From an uncultured virus (IMG/VR IMGVR_UViG_3300040960_001631) (taxonomy: Duplodnaviria > Heunggongvirae > Uroviricota > Caudoviricetes), in the IMG/VR virus record IMGVR_UViG_3300040960_001631, positions 1 to 64,000 of that record: a stretch of DNA of 64,000 nucleotides. The stretch is one strand, 5' to 3'. The notes under the pieces were generated by a model. That model made no database searches. It saw only the letters and a list, made by a program, of their open reading frames with translations, and was not told the DNA's origin. The translations under genes were made by a program, and so were the position numbers. The first letter of the stretch is position 1, and each line of letters starts with the position of its first letter. Of this stretch, positions 26,566 to 37,000 are shown one piece after another.

Positions 26566-29298
26566 CTACTGTACATTAGACGTTCCGTCACTATTTTGAG
26601 GACCTGGATTATTAGTATTTTCTGGTGTTGTAGGTGATTCTTGTTCCTCCTCTTCAGACAATTCTTTAGAAGGAGCAATATAGTAGTCTCTGCCCCTTGG
26701 GTCACCTTCTGTATGCACTTGTGCATCTGTACTAGGACCTTGCGGAATAATACCTGCTGGGAATCTATAATTGCCGCCTTCATTAGCTGCTGTACTAAAG
26801 TGCATTGCATCGTCTATTCTTGTCCATGCGCCGCCCCATCCTAAACCAAACTGTTTAGCTAATTCGCCTACTCCTGCAGGCATATCGGTTTTTGGAGCAT
26901 CAGGTGGACGTGGACTGAATAGTCCATTTGGAGATGTATTTCTTACTGGATTTGGCGGGTTGATATCAATTGCTGCGCCGCTAGCGTGTGTACTATATCT
27001 GCTAGAATTACCAATTTTGCGCTTACAATAACCTAATAATGTTTTAATTTCATAACCACTATCTTCTAGTGCATCAATAAAGCCTTGGAAGTTAGGAACC
27101 CAAATTTCTGCAACTTGTGCAGTAAGTCCGCGTTTCTTACTTGTAATAGTTCCAAGAGGACCGTCACCTTTAAAGAATCTATTACAGTAACTACCGTCAC
27201 CTCTAGTAGTATCAATCTCAAAATTTTCTATATATCTAAGTTCGTTTGACCCAGGAACATTTTCAGGCGGAACTACTTCACCATTTATAATTGCTCCGTC
27301 ACCTGTAGTTCCATAATCATTAGTTCCTGATGACCCTAAAACTTGCGAACTTTGTTGTATATTAGATTTTGATTTTGTAAATGTATCAGGTGTAAGTATT
27401 CTATCTGAAGGAGTTAATTGTCCTGGAGATTCTCTATCTGTCTGTTCTGGTTTAAGACCTACCGGATCCATGTTTTCATGCATTGGCCATGGTTCGTGTT
27501 GTGGAGCTCGTGTAAGTATACTTTCGTAAGGAACAGTATCTTGTGACCCAGGAAAAGTATAAGGTAATACAATTTGTGTTAAAGGAGTAACATAATCCGC
27601 AGGTTTGGCTTCTGTTGCTGCGGTTGCACTTAATGCTGTAGTTGCTGCTTCGCCTGTAACTGCTTTTCCTGTATTCCAAGATATTTTTGTCGCATCACCT
27701 GCAATAGCTGTTCCGCCTAACATATTAATTCCACTAGCTGCTTCAAAATGTTGTGAATCTGATTGTATGTCAAATGCACCCGAAACAGTGGTATGTTGAG
27801 CACCTTGAGTTATTGTGTCAAAATTTGCTGCACTTAGTATTTTTGTGTCTGCAAGTGATGTTAAATTTATACCTTCTGCTTTATTAAAATAGCTGCCAGT
27901 AGCAAGATCGTTTATATTACTAGCACTTTCTCTATAAAATGTATGTGCAGATTTTTGATGGAAACCACCTTTAGAAGTATCAAATATATTCCCTGATGTT
28001 TTATGGTAATTTCCTTTTATAGAAACATATTCATCTTCTTCAACTTTGATATTACTAGTACCTAACACATTTCTTCTATATGTTTCGCCTACTAATATAT
28101 TTGTATCATATTTACTTTCTATTTGTATTCTTCCGCACTCCAATCCATCCATTGTTTTTTGGCCGTCACTAAATCGTGCTTGTGCTCGCATATTGATATT
28201 ACGTCCTGCATCAATATTAAAATCTCTTTCAGCAGTAAAATTAATATCTTGGTTACTCATAACACTTATACTATCATCTGCATGTATATCAATTTTTCCG
28301 TCTGATGTTAATTCAATCCAAGCTGTTCCGCGACTGTTTGATATGTAGATTAGATCTTCTGAATTATGTAAAAGTATTTGATGCCCGGTTCTAGTACGTA
28401 TTCTAAATAATTCGTTTTGAGGAATAGTTTCATCGCCGCCCGGATAGTTTGCACCTTTGTTTACATATCTTGGAGGACCGTCTTCTGCATGTGTTTCTCT
28501 TACAAATCTTTCATCGCCATCGTCCATAACTATAGACGAGCCGCCAAGTCTGTTGTATGGTAATTCTACTTTTTTACCATCTGGACCTATTTCAAATTTT
28601 GGAGATTTTTTGCGTTTATCTCTAGGACCAGGAGTACTCCATCCAAACACCATACTTGGAAAATCTCGTCTAGCACTAGAAGTTGTTGTTCCTCTTGCTT
28701 CGTCTAGTAATAATCCTTGTACTTCTAACACCTGTGTAAAATCTTTATTGTACGGTTTATTAAAAAGTGTAGGATCTACTTTTTCACCAGTTTCAACTAG
28801 CTTATTGTATTCACCTACAGGTAATTTTGCTCCTTTTAAGTGCTCTGGAGTATTTTCTGTTGTTAACGATGTTGCAGCACGACCATCAGGAATCATAAAA
28901 TTCATATAATCGTCTTGTATGCAACCTATCCAATATCCAAAGTTTTTATTGCCTTCTGCAAATATTACTAAACATTTTGTACCTACATCTGGGGGTACTG
29001 CCCAAAACCCATAACTTTTTTGTGTATATTCATACCCGTCATTTTCAGTTAAACCTGCGCTGGGTGTTGCTCCATAAAATGGACTAAGGTATCTTACAGT
29101 TTCTAATTGCCCGCTTCTTTCTGGTAGATTTCCTGCAGAAGTATAATTTAATAATTCAACTTCGAGTGTACCCATAGTGTTTACATCTAGATTATTAACT
29201 ACTACAGCTTCATAAGGAACTCCTGCCTTTATTGGAGGCAATTCTCTAGTACTTCTAGTGTATGTTGTACCTTTTCTTGGTGGTTCGTTTCTAGCCAT
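26566..29298 (-). CDS. Baseplate central spike (gp5/gpV-like) with C-terminal M15-family peptidase domain
   Basis: OB-fold region SYGFWAVPPDVGTKCLVIFAEG; RTRTGHQILL and beta-helix repeats; C-terminal R...STHASGAAIDIN...WGGAW..IDDAMHF. Start taken at MARNEP (ORF track extends to 29313). Confidence 0.8.
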   Translation of the reverse strand: MARNEPPRKGTTYTRSTRELPPIKAGVPYEAVVVNNLDVNTMGTLEVELLNYTSAGNLPERSGQLETVRYLSPFYGATPSAGLTENDGYEYTQKSYGFWAVPPDVGTKCLVIFAEGNKNFGYWIGCIQDDYMNFMIPDGRAATSLTTENTPEHLKGAKLPVGEYNKLVETGEKVDPTLFNKPYNKDFTQVLEVQGLLLDEARGTTTSSARRDFPSMVFGWSTPGPRDKRKKSPKFEIGPDGKKVELPYNRLGGSSIVMDDGDERFVRETHAEDGPPRYVNKGANYPGGDETIPQNELFRIRTRTGHQILLHNSEDLIYISNSRGTAWIELTSDGKIDIHADDSISVMSNQDINFTAERDFNIDAGRNINMRAQARFSDGQKTMDGLECGRIQIESKYDTNILVGETYRRNVLGTSNIKVEEDEYVSIKGNYHKTSGNIFDTSKGGFHQKSAHTFYRESASNINDLATGSYFNKAEGINLTSLADTKILSAANFDTITQGAQHTTVSGAFDIQSDSQHFEAASGINMLGGTAIAGDATKISWNTGKAVTGEAATTALSATAATEAKPADYVTPLTQIVLPYTFPGSQDTVPYESILTRAPQHEPWPMHENMDPVGLKPEQTDRESPGQLTPSDRILTPDTFTKSKSNIQQSSQVLGSSGTNDYGTTGDGAIINGEVVPPENVPGSNELRYIENFEIDTTRGDGSYCNRFFKGDGPLGTITSKKRGLTAQVAEIWVPNFQGFIDALEDSGYEIKTLLGYCKRKIGNSSRYSTHASGAAIDINPPNPVRNTSPNGLFSPRPPDAPKTDMPAGVGELAKQFGLGWGGAWTRIDDAMHFSTAANEGGNYRFPAGIIPQGPSTDAQVHTEGDPRGRDYYIAPSKELSEEEEQESPTTPENTNNPGPQNSDGTSNVQ

Positions 29299-30581
29299 TA
29301 TGTATTGATCCAATTCTTAGCAGTATTTTTAACTTCATTTGCAACTTTGTTTACCTCATTTTCTGCTAATTTGATAGCATTATTGGCGTCAGTAACTAAC
29401 CCATTTGAAACTTTATCTAAAGCTCCTTTAAGATTTCCTGTAACTGCTTCGTTAACGCAATCACCTATATCATCTGGAAAAATATCTGCCACACTACCAA
29501 GTGCATCCTTAATAATATCATCAGGATACGGAAGTTCAGGTGCACCAGAATCAGCATTACCTGTTTCTCCTGTAGGCAAAGGATCTGGCTCATCTGGTTT
29601 AGGAACCAGATCAGGTAATTGTTCTTGACCTCTAGGGTCTGATGCGTCTGGATCTTGTTCTGGAGGTTTAGGAGCAATAACACCTGCATCTGTTGTTGTA
29701 TTAGATTCTCCTACAGTTGTGATAGTTGTAGGAGTTGCTGCTGCGGCACTTAATCCATGAATAAGAACATCTTTGACTTTTTCTCCAGATCTAAAATCAT
29801 AACGATCATCTAAAGGGTCTATAACATAATATGTATAAGGATTATCATAATTTGGAAGTTCGGTACTAGGCAAAGGTGCTGCTCCTGCTCTTGTGCCTCT
29901 ATATGCGCCTACACCTGAACCTGCTGCTGCACGTTCAACTTGCGTTCTTTCGCTTACTCCGCTTGCAGGTAAACCCCTGTTGGCGCCTGAAGTAGAAACA
30001 TCAATTTCAGTAACTTCACCTCGTCCGCCACTTTTAATATCTTCAAGTTGCTGATATACTGTATCAGGATCGTGATTAGCTTTGTTTAACCCGTCATTAG
30101 CATAAAAACTTTGTCCTTTTTTAAGATTTCGTTTTGGCTGATTTTTATAAACACTTCCTGCAGGTATATCATAAGGTACAGGCATACTTGCAAATTCTGC
30201 TGCTAAAAATACCATAAATTGTCCAGTATTAATACTGCCTGTTTTCCATTGTTCGTACTTACGAAATTTTACTAGACGTTGAATGATCATAGCATCTTGG
30301 ACATCTGGCGAATAAACTGTTCGTAAGGGATCACATCCTAAGTATCCAGCACATTCACCTAATACATCTTTAAGCATTTGATATTTGCCTACAGCACTTG
30401 AGCGTCTGCCTGCATCTAAACGTTGTTGCTGATATGCTTGAACTTGAGATATCGTCATTGATGTAAGAGAGGGTTCTACATGACCTGGCCACACGCTACA
30501 GTACGGATTACTCCTAACTGCTTCTCCGTCTGCAATCATTCTTAATAAATGTCTGTCTTGGTCACTTACTGTTACTGCCAT
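29298..30581 (-). CDS. Baseplate-associated lysozyme-like protein
   Basis: 427 aa; LLRMIADGE, LTSMTISQV, SSAVGKYQML, YSPDVQD, LAAEFASMP fit a lysozyme-like fold; Pro/acidic C-terminal linker. Confidence 0.7.
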   Translation of the reverse strand: MAVTVSDQDRHLLRMIADGEAVRSNPYCSVWPGHVEPSLTSMTISQVQAYQQQRLDAGRRSSAVGKYQMLKDVLGECAGYLGCDPLRTVYSPDVQDAMIIQRLVKFRKYEQWKTGSINTGQFMVFLAAEFASMPVPYDIPAGSVYKNQPKRNLKKGQSFYANDGLNKANHDPDTVYQQLEDIKSGGRGEVTEIDVSTSGANRGLPASGVSERTQVERAAAGSGVGAYRGTRAGAAPLPSTELPNYDNPYTYYVIDPLDDRYDFRSGEKVKDVLIHGLSAAAATPTTITTVGESNTTTDAGVIAPKPPEQDPDASDPRGQEQLPDLVPKPDEPDPLPTGETGNADSGAPELPYPDDIIKDALGSVADIFPDDIGDCVNEAVTGNLKGALDKVSNGLVTDANNAIKLAENEVNKVANEVKNTAKNWINT

Positions 30582-30591
30582 TTATTATCCT

Positions 30592-33500
30592 CTACACTGT
30601 AAATTTAACGCCCGTAATATTGTTTAGAGCATTTTTAGCATCAGCTGAAACTTTACCTAACGCATTATTTACATCAGCTTCTATTGCAGCAATATCTTTT
30701 CTTAAACCAGGAAATGACTGGAATGCATTTTGAGGTGGTTGCCAAGATACTCCTGCTATATTAATTGTTGGTACATTATTAAGGACACTATTAACTTCTG
30801 GAAATAAATTGTTTGCAACATTATCTATTTCATCTCCAACTTCTGTTAATACTCGTTTGATTGGAGATTCGCATGGATCGTCAGATACTGCTCCTTGTCC
30901 ATTGCCGCCAACTTGGCCCGTAGGCGGAGTAGTTCCTACACCGTTGTTAACAGAAACATCGTCAGCTACACCTACAAATCCTTGCGATGTTCCTGATTCG
31001 TTTTCTTGTCCTCTTGATCTTACAAGATCTATGGTTTGAGTAAATTTTCCTCCGTTAAAACTGCTTTCAACAGTTAACACTTGGTATATTCCACTAAATT
31101 CAGGAACAAGTTTTGAATATGCTACATTGCTTCCTGTAAGAGAATAATCTACAGGAGTTCTAAAATTAACAATTACATACACTTGATTTTCAAGATATGT
31201 CATATATCCGTCTTGTGTTATTGACGGTCCTTCACCTCTGTCTCCTATATAATTTCCTGTTTGGGTAGGAATAAAATAAGGATCTCCCATAATCTCTAAA
31301 GAAGCAGTAAGCATATCAACATTATTGTTTAAAAATCTGTGATGGAATGTTTCTGCAAGACGCTTACGAATATCTGTTGTTCTACTGTCTCCTGTAATAG
31401 GAAAACTTCTAGCTTCACTTACTGAACCGCCACCAACACCGTTTGAGTCTGCATTGCCGTCTACTTCTCCTGTAGTTGCGCCTTTTTGATCGCCTGTATT
31501 TTGCAAAGTTTTTCTGTCTGACCCATTACTTGCAAGGCCACCCGAGTTCATACCGAAATTAGCATAAGCTTCTTGTAAAAATGTATTATTAAATTGAATG
31601 TCAAAGTTTAATACACTATCATTTTTTCCGGTGTATATGTAATTGTATTCTTTTTTTGCTGCTGCTCTTATACCGCCTCTATTAGGAGCTACACCTGAAG
31701 GACTTTGGAAAGAAGCATCATCAGCAAAAAATGGCACAACACTATAAACATAAATTCGAGGCATCCTACCGAATCTTCTTTCTGCTTCAGGATCATTGTC
31801 TAAAAACACATGAGTGTTAATTCTATATAATTTTCTTATTCCGTTATCAGCATTGTCTACAGCATTTTCGGCAGCATATTCACTGTCTACTAAAACTTTT
31901 TCAATTATTTCATCTATGCGCATTCCTGCTGTAAAAGATTTTTCTCTTGCTTTTTCAGCAACCGACAATTCAGTTGTTGTAGTATCAGCAACACCTTCGT
32001 CATTGTAACATGCACTAGGATCTGCTGCCGCAGCAGTACCACCTTGATTATCATCAGTAACAAGCAAACTTATTCCAATTTCATTCATAAACGAAATGTC
32101 TCTTGAATAATTTTCTAAATTATTAGCAATTGTATTTTTAGCAGGTACTGCAACATTGTCAATTGATTCTTGCTTGCGTGGATCATTTTCTGGTAGCTCA
32201 GAAAGACCTTTTTCTATTTGAAGTTGTTCTGCGGCTGTTTTTGTAATTTGATCAGGAACTGTCATTTGTCCTGCTACAATTTTCATTATAGCAGAAGGAT
32301 CTCTAGGAAACGCAATTACAACTCTATCTCCATTTGGCTGTGCTCCAGATTCTTCTAAAGCAGCTCTTCTTTGATTCATTGTTGCAGTAACAGACCTATC
32401 AACACCTGATAGTACATCAGACACAGTTGTTCCTACAGTATTGATATCCGATTTTACTTCAGCTGCTTCGTCGCTAAGAGCAATTTCACTATAAGGAACT
32501 GCTTGCACTTCGTAAGTAGAGCCCGATCCTGTAACAGAAAAGTTAACATTTATAATCTGTATAGGAATATATGCTGGGGCTTGTACTGGTGTAATACTTT
32601 GTGTACCGTTTTCACTCCACCCTACAAATTCTATTTTTATGCAAAACGGAGCACTGTTATAATTACTGTAACCTAGGTCTCCTGCGGCTGTTACTAACGA
32701 TTGTATAAAATTACCCATACTATAAGGTTCACTTACTTCAAAGCGCAAATCAGTACCTATTGTTGTTCCAGTTTTTTGGTTAGGTTGTATTACACCTTTT
32801 GTAGTTAAGTTATCTATAAAATATTCAGCATCGCCGCCGATTTCGTTTTCTATAGGAATTCGGTGCCTTTTATTATAGTGGCCGCCTCCTGTCCTAGCAA
32901 TTATTTTTTGGAAATCTCCATTTTCTTTCAATATTAAAGGATTATTGAGTTCAGTTGTAGAAAGTATACCTAAAGTAATAACATAGTTCCAAGAATTGAA
33001 TTCGTTTAATGGATTACTTATAAAGTTTGGTTTTCCGGATGTGCCTGTAACATTACCGCCTGATGCTAATGCATTAGAAAATATTCCTATACCACTTCTG
33101 TCTTCTATTTCATCTGCTAGTTCTCTTAGAACATCAAATGTACCTCCTACGGCACCTAAAATAGTTTCAAATTCCTTAGGAATTACATTTATAATTTGGT
33201 TTGTAAAATTAGATAAATCACTAAATCCACCTACGATATTGTTAAGTGTATCAAAACTAAATCCTTTAACAAAATCTCCTGGAGAATTAAAGTTACCAAT
33301 TTTGCTACTTATAGCATTACCAATTTTATCTAGTTCTTGAGAACCAATTCCGTCAAAAATACTTAAATCTAAATTTGTATTAATTGCTTGTTTAAGATCT
33401 GCTCCCGGGTTAGCAGCTACAGTACTCAAAATATTATCTAATTTTAGTGCGCCCGACTCTTGTAAAAAATTAAAGCCGCCTGCTTGGACTTTTGCTAAAA

Positions 33501-33744
33501 CATTATTAGCAGCACCTGTTGTTGCAGCAGTAATAGCATTACTGTTTTTAAACATTGTTGAAACTTCTTGAGCAGTTCTGTTTATTATTTCATTTGTATT
33601 TTCAAATCCAACAGCATTTACACCTGTAACAGAAACATTTGAACTAGTATTTTTTGTTGCCGTAGTAATAGCCTTTGCAACATCGTCTGCATCGTTTATA
33701 GCACCAAGAAGTGCACCACCTGTGTTTGCAAAAATAGATGCCAT
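30592..33744 (-). CDS. Baseplate hub protein (gp27/gpD-like)
   Basis: 1050 aa; LEIMGDP...SGIYQVLTVESSFNGGKFTQTIDL resembles hub C-termini; lies between gp53-like and spike genes. Confidence 0.55.
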   Translation of the reverse strand: MASIFANTGGALLGAINDADDVAKAITTATKNTSSNVSVTGVNAVGFENTNEIINRTAQEVSTMFKNSNAITAATTGAANNVLAKVQAGGFNFLQESGALKLDNILSTVAANPGADLKQAINTNLDLSIFDGIGSQELDKIGNAISSKIGNFNSPGDFVKGFSFDTLNNIVGGFSDLSNFTNQIINVIPKEFETILGAVGGTFDVLRELADEIEDRSGIGIFSNALASGGNVTGTSGKPNFISNPLNEFNSWNYVITLGILSTTELNNPLILKENGDFQKIIARTGGGHYNKRHRIPIENEIGGDAEYFIDNLTTKGVIQPNQKTGTTIGTDLRFEVSEPYSMGNFIQSLVTAAGDLGYSNYNSAPFCIKIEFVGWSENGTQSITPVQAPAYIPIQIINVNFSVTGSGSTYEVQAVPYSEIALSDEAAEVKSDINTVGTTVSDVLSGVDRSVTATMNQRRAALEESGAQPNGDRVVIAFPRDPSAIMKIVAGQMTVPDQITKTAAEQLQIEKGLSELPENDPRKQESIDNVAVPAKNTIANNLENYSRDISFMNEIGISLLVTDDNQGGTAAAADPSACYNDEGVADTTTTELSVAEKAREKSFTAGMRIDEIIEKVLVDSEYAAENAVDNADNGIRKLYRINTHVFLDNDPEAERRFGRMPRIYVYSVVPFFADDASFQSPSGVAPNRGGIRAAAKKEYNYIYTGKNDSVLNFDIQFNNTFLQEAYANFGMNSGGLASNGSDRKTLQNTGDQKGATTGEVDGNADSNGVGGGSVSEARSFPITGDSRTTDIRKRLAETFHHRFLNNNVDMLTASLEIMGDPYFIPTQTGNYIGDRGEGPSITQDGYMTYLENQVYVIVNFRTPVDYSLTGSNVAYSKLVPEFSGIYQVLTVESSFNGGKFTQTIDLVRSRGQENESGTSQGFVGVADDVSVNNGVGTTPPTGQVGGNGQGAVSDDPCESPIKRVLTEVGDEIDNVANNLFPEVNSVLNNVPTINIAGVSWQPPQNAFQSFPGLRKDIAAIEADVNNALGKVSADAKNALNNITGVKFTV

Positions 33745-34071
33745 TTATGCTCCTAAAATACTTTTTAAATGTTTTCTTTGAGGCAGATAGATTTTTGTGC
33801 CTGCAACAAAGTCAAAAACTGGATCTTTTAATATATCAGGATTTCTTTGTGTAAAAATCCACCATAGTTCTCTACTAGAATATAAATCAAAAGCTAATAA
33901 ATCTGGACGGTATGTATAAGCAGGCGTTATCTCATATAAAATGTCATCGCCTGCTACAGGAACAGGTCTAGCTCTCATTATATCTAAATATCCTGCACTA
34001 GTAATAGGTGTTTTTCCGTAGGGACCTTTATTTTTTATTTTATCAATGTTTGCGTCAGTTAATCCAGCCAT
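33745..34071 (-). CDS. gp53/gpX-like (LysM-like) baseplate protein
   Basis: 108 aa; YRPDLLAFDLYSSRELWWIFTQRNP...FVAGTKIYLP. Confidence 0.75.
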   Translation of the reverse strand: MAGLTDANIDKIKNKGPYGKTPITSAGYLDIMRARPVPVAGDDILYEITPAYTYRPDLLAFDLYSSRELWWIFTQRNPDILKDPVFDFVAGTKIYLPQRKHLKSILGA

Positions 34072-35000
34072 TAGATAAATCCTTCATCTGAGTTTATAAA
34101 GTCTCCTCTAGCAAATGCTTCTAAGCTAAATCTGCTATGAGCTGTTCTTGCATAATTTGGTATTACTGTAACAGTAAAAATACTTTGTGTAGGCACATAT
34201 GTTACTTCACCATTTATATCACACTCAATATAATCTACATCTGCTGGCATATCAGTAGTAAAATTAGATATTAGTACAGGAACATTATTGAAAACATGTT
34301 TACCGTAACCGTTTAGTCTACAAACAGGTGGAGGATTTCCTAAGTCGTTACTCTGACCATAATACATCTTTGTCATTGTTCTTAAGAAATGCAAACATGC
34401 TACCCAATATCTTGCATCGTCATCATTTTCGCTAAAAAACTCTCCTGTAATAGTAATATTATCTACTTGACTGTTTTCATAAGCATAAAAAGGGTGGTTA
34501 GTGTGTGTAGGATGCACTGATGTATAGTTTGCACTTGAACCTAAAATAATTGTAGGAGTGAAAGGAAACAGCATACTATTTCCTGTGCTTGCTATCGGAC
34601 GTAATATATCACCTTGTATTAAATTTTCAGGTGCTGTAATCTTTACACGCCAATCTAATGCATCAACAGTTGTGTAATCATCTCTAATAATTGCCCTTGT
34701 AAATGTTTTTCCCTGAGGTGATGCTCCGTAACCTACATTTTGTAAGGCGTTCGATGCCATTCGTATCGCGGATCCAACTTGTCCCAAAGAACCATTGCCG
34801 CCATTGATTAAAGTATCAACTGCTCCTAGTGCATTCGCAACATTGTCAAGTGTACTGCCCCGCCCTGAAGAAATATTTCTAAATGAGGTTACTGCTGTGT
34901 TGAGACTAGAGGTTACTCTGCTTACACTTTGGGCAGTTTGTACAATATTACTTCCTATAATATTGCTTGCTAAGTTATTGAATGAACTAAAAATTGACAT
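34071..35000 (-). CDS. Tail-tube initiator-like baseplate protein
   Basis: 309 aa; FPFTPTI and PPPVCRLNGYG..FNNVPVLISNF resemble contractile-system tube initiators; first gene of the baseplate block. Confidence 0.55.
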   Translation of the reverse strand: MSIFSSFNNLASNIIGSNIVQTAQSVSRVTSSLNTAVTSFRNISSGRGSTLDNVANALGAVDTLINGGNGSLGQVGSAIRMASNALQNVGYGASPQGKTFTRAIIRDDYTTVDALDWRVKITAPENLIQGDILRPIASTGNSMLFPFTPTIILGSSANYTSVHPTHTNHPFYAYENSQVDNITITGEFFSENDDDARYWVACLHFLRTMTKMYYGQSNDLGNPPPVCRLNGYGKHVFNNVPVLISNFTTDMPADVDYIECDINGEVTYVPTQSIFTVTVIPNYARTAHSRFSLEAFARGDFINSDEGFI

Positions 35001-35026
35001 AATGGCGTATCTCCATAAGTATTTAG

Positions 35027-35060
35027 TTGACTTTTTTAACTACGTATATTATAATAAATA
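35027..35060 (+). promoter_or_regulatory. Sigma70-type promoter overlapping a late-type TAAATA box
   Basis: TTGACT (35027-32), 17 bp, TATAAT (35050-55); TAAATA at 35055-60. Confidence 0.75.
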
Positions 35061-35081
35061 CTGTTAGCCAATGGAGAAGGT

Positions 35082-35930
35082 ATGAAAAAGAAAAATTATC
35101 TTAACAATAAAGACATTTTAAAAGAAATACATAGATCAAAAAATACATTTAATAGTTTTGTAGAAAAAGATTATGCTAATTATGATATAATCTTAGATAG
35201 CGTAGACAAAATTAACATCAGAACTATTGCAGAAGCTAAAAGAAACAAGGCAAAACGGTTAGGTTCTGAAGATTACGAAAGACGTAAGCTAGCAGGTGAA
35301 AAAGTAAAACAAGCGGAATGCGAAGTAGACTATAGATCTATTACTAAAGAAGAATTAATCTTTCGTATAAACACATTTGATCATATTCCAGAAGAGCCAG
35401 GACGTAAAAAGAATCCTAAAACTATAGCAGATACAAAAGTAAAATTAAATTTTCCACCTTTTCAACACTATAAGTTTAACGAAGACGGTGAACTAATCTG
35501 TGTTGGCAAAAGTCATTGGCAAGGTGGTATGGAAAATGGACATTTTAGTCATAAACACGGAAAAGCTACAGATAATTTAGCGTTAATGTGGATGAAACTA
35601 GTTGATCGTTATGCAACAAGAGGAAATGTTCGCGGATATACTTACAATGACGAAATGAAGGGGCAGGCAATCCTGCAACTTTCGCAGATTGGCTTACAGT
35701 TTGACGAATCAAAATCTAACAATCCTTTTGCTTATTACACTGCTGCTGTTACTAACTCTTTTGTCCGTGTTATTAACATTGAAAAACGGAATCAAAATAT
35801 ACGTGACGATATATTAGAACAAAATGGATTAAATCCATCTTATACAAGACAGCACGAAGGCGAATGGGAAGCAAGTATTAAAAGAAATGAAGAAGCTAGC
35901 ATGTCAGCTTTTCCAACAAAAAAAGGTTGA
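35082..35930 (+). CDS. Late-transcription sigma factor (T4 gp55-like)
   Basis: NYLNNKDIL, RGYTYNDEMKGQAILQL...FDESKSNNPFAYYT...SFVRVINIEKR; adjacent to gp47/gp46 as in T4-like phages. Confidence 0.8.
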   Translation: MKKKNYLNNKDILKEIHRSKNTFNSFVEKDYANYDIILDSVDKINIRTIAEAKRNKAKRLGSEDYERRKLAGEKVKQAECEVDYRSITKEELIFRINTFDHIPEEPGRKKNPKTIADTKVKLNFPPFQHYKFNEDGELICVGKSHWQGGMENGHFSHKHGKATDNLALMWMKLVDRYATRGNVRGYTYNDEMKGQAILQLSQIGLQFDESKSNNPFAYYTAAVTNSFVRVINIEKRNQNIRDDILEQNGLNPSYTRQHEGEWEASIKRNEEASMSAFPTKKG

Positions 35931-35955
35931 CAAGTGTTTAAAATCCACGTATACT
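35927..35955 (+). promoter_or_regulatory. Sigma70-type promoter for gp47/gp46
   Basis: TTGACA (35927-32), 17 bp, TATACT (35950-55). Confidence 0.75.
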
Positions 35956-35983
35956 TAAACACAGTATAAATGGAGATATTACC

Positions 35984-37000
35984 TTGTTTAAAAAAGCTGC
36001 TGTTTTTACAGACATTCACTTTGGTTTAAAAGGCAATAGTCGTATTCATAACGACGACTGTGAAAATTTTGTAGATTGGTTTATCGAAACTGCACATGAA
36101 AACGGTTGTGAGACTGCTATTTTCTGCGGAGATTGGCATCACAATCGTAATTCATTAAATCTTACTACAATGGACGCAACAATTCGTAGTTTAGAAAAAC
36201 TAGGGTCAGCGTTTGACAAATTTTACATGTTTGTAGGCAATCATGATTTGTATTACAAAGACAAACGTGAAGTAAGTTCTACAATATTTGGTAAACACAT
36301 TCCAGGCGTTACATTTGTAGACGAAATGCTTGTAGAAGATGATGTAGCACTTGTTCCGTGGCTTGTTGGAGACGAATGGAAAAAGATAAACAAGGTAAAA
36401 TCTAAGTACATGTTCGGACACTTTGAACTGCCTAGCTTTTATATGAACGCTATGGTACAAATGCCTGATCACGGTGAACTAAAGAGTGAACATTTTGAAA
36501 ATCAAGAGTATGTGTTCTCAGGACACTTTCACAAACGGCAGAAACAGGGTAAGATCCACTACATTGGCAATGCTTTCCCACACAACTATGCAGATGCTTG
36601 GGATGATGACCGTGGTATGATGATACTGGACAGAGAAAACGATGCTGAACCAGAGTATATCAACTGGCCACAGTGTCCAAAGTATCGTACAGTTAAGCTA
36701 TCACAGCTGATTGATGAGAAAGATACACTAATCAAGCCAAACATGTACCTTCGTGTAACATTAGACCTGCCTATTTCGTATGAAGAAGCAAGTTTTATCA
36801 AAGAAACATTTATTTCTGAATACAACTGTAGAGAAATTACACTTATTCCCCAAAAACAAATTGAAGAAATATCAACAGATTTGGATATTGCACAATTTGA
36901 AAGTGTAGATCAAATTGTAGCAAACGAAATTTCAGAATTAGATACAGAAAACTACAATAAAAAAATGTTATTAGACATTTATAATGGATTAGAGCAATAA
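35984..37000 (+). CDS. Recombination endonuclease subunit (gp47/Mre11/SbcD-like)
   Basis: Metallophosphoesterase motifs DIHFG, GDWHH, GNHD, GHFE, SGHFH; TTG start. Confidence 0.92.
   Translation: MFKKAAVFTDIHFGLKGNSRIHNDDCENFVDWFIETAHENGCETAIFCGDWHHNRNSLNLTTMDATIRSLEKLGSAFDKFYMFVGNHDLYYKDKREVSSTIFGKHIPGVTFVDEMLVEDDVALVPWLVGDEWKKINKVKSKYMFGHFELPSFYMNAMVQMPDHGELKSEHFENQEYVFSGHFHKRQKQGKIHYIGNAFPHNYADAWDDDRGMMILDRENDAEPEYINWPQCPKYRTVKLSQLIDEKDTLIKPNMYLRVTLDLPISYEEASFIKETFISEYNCREITLIPQKQIEEISTDLDIAQFESVDQIVANEISELDTENYNKKMLLDIYNGLEQ

Noticed and set aside
23..35067. Numerous short + strand ORFs opposite the tail genes
   Set aside because: Antisense shadows of long, motif-bearing minus-strand genes; no RBS or recognisable motifs.
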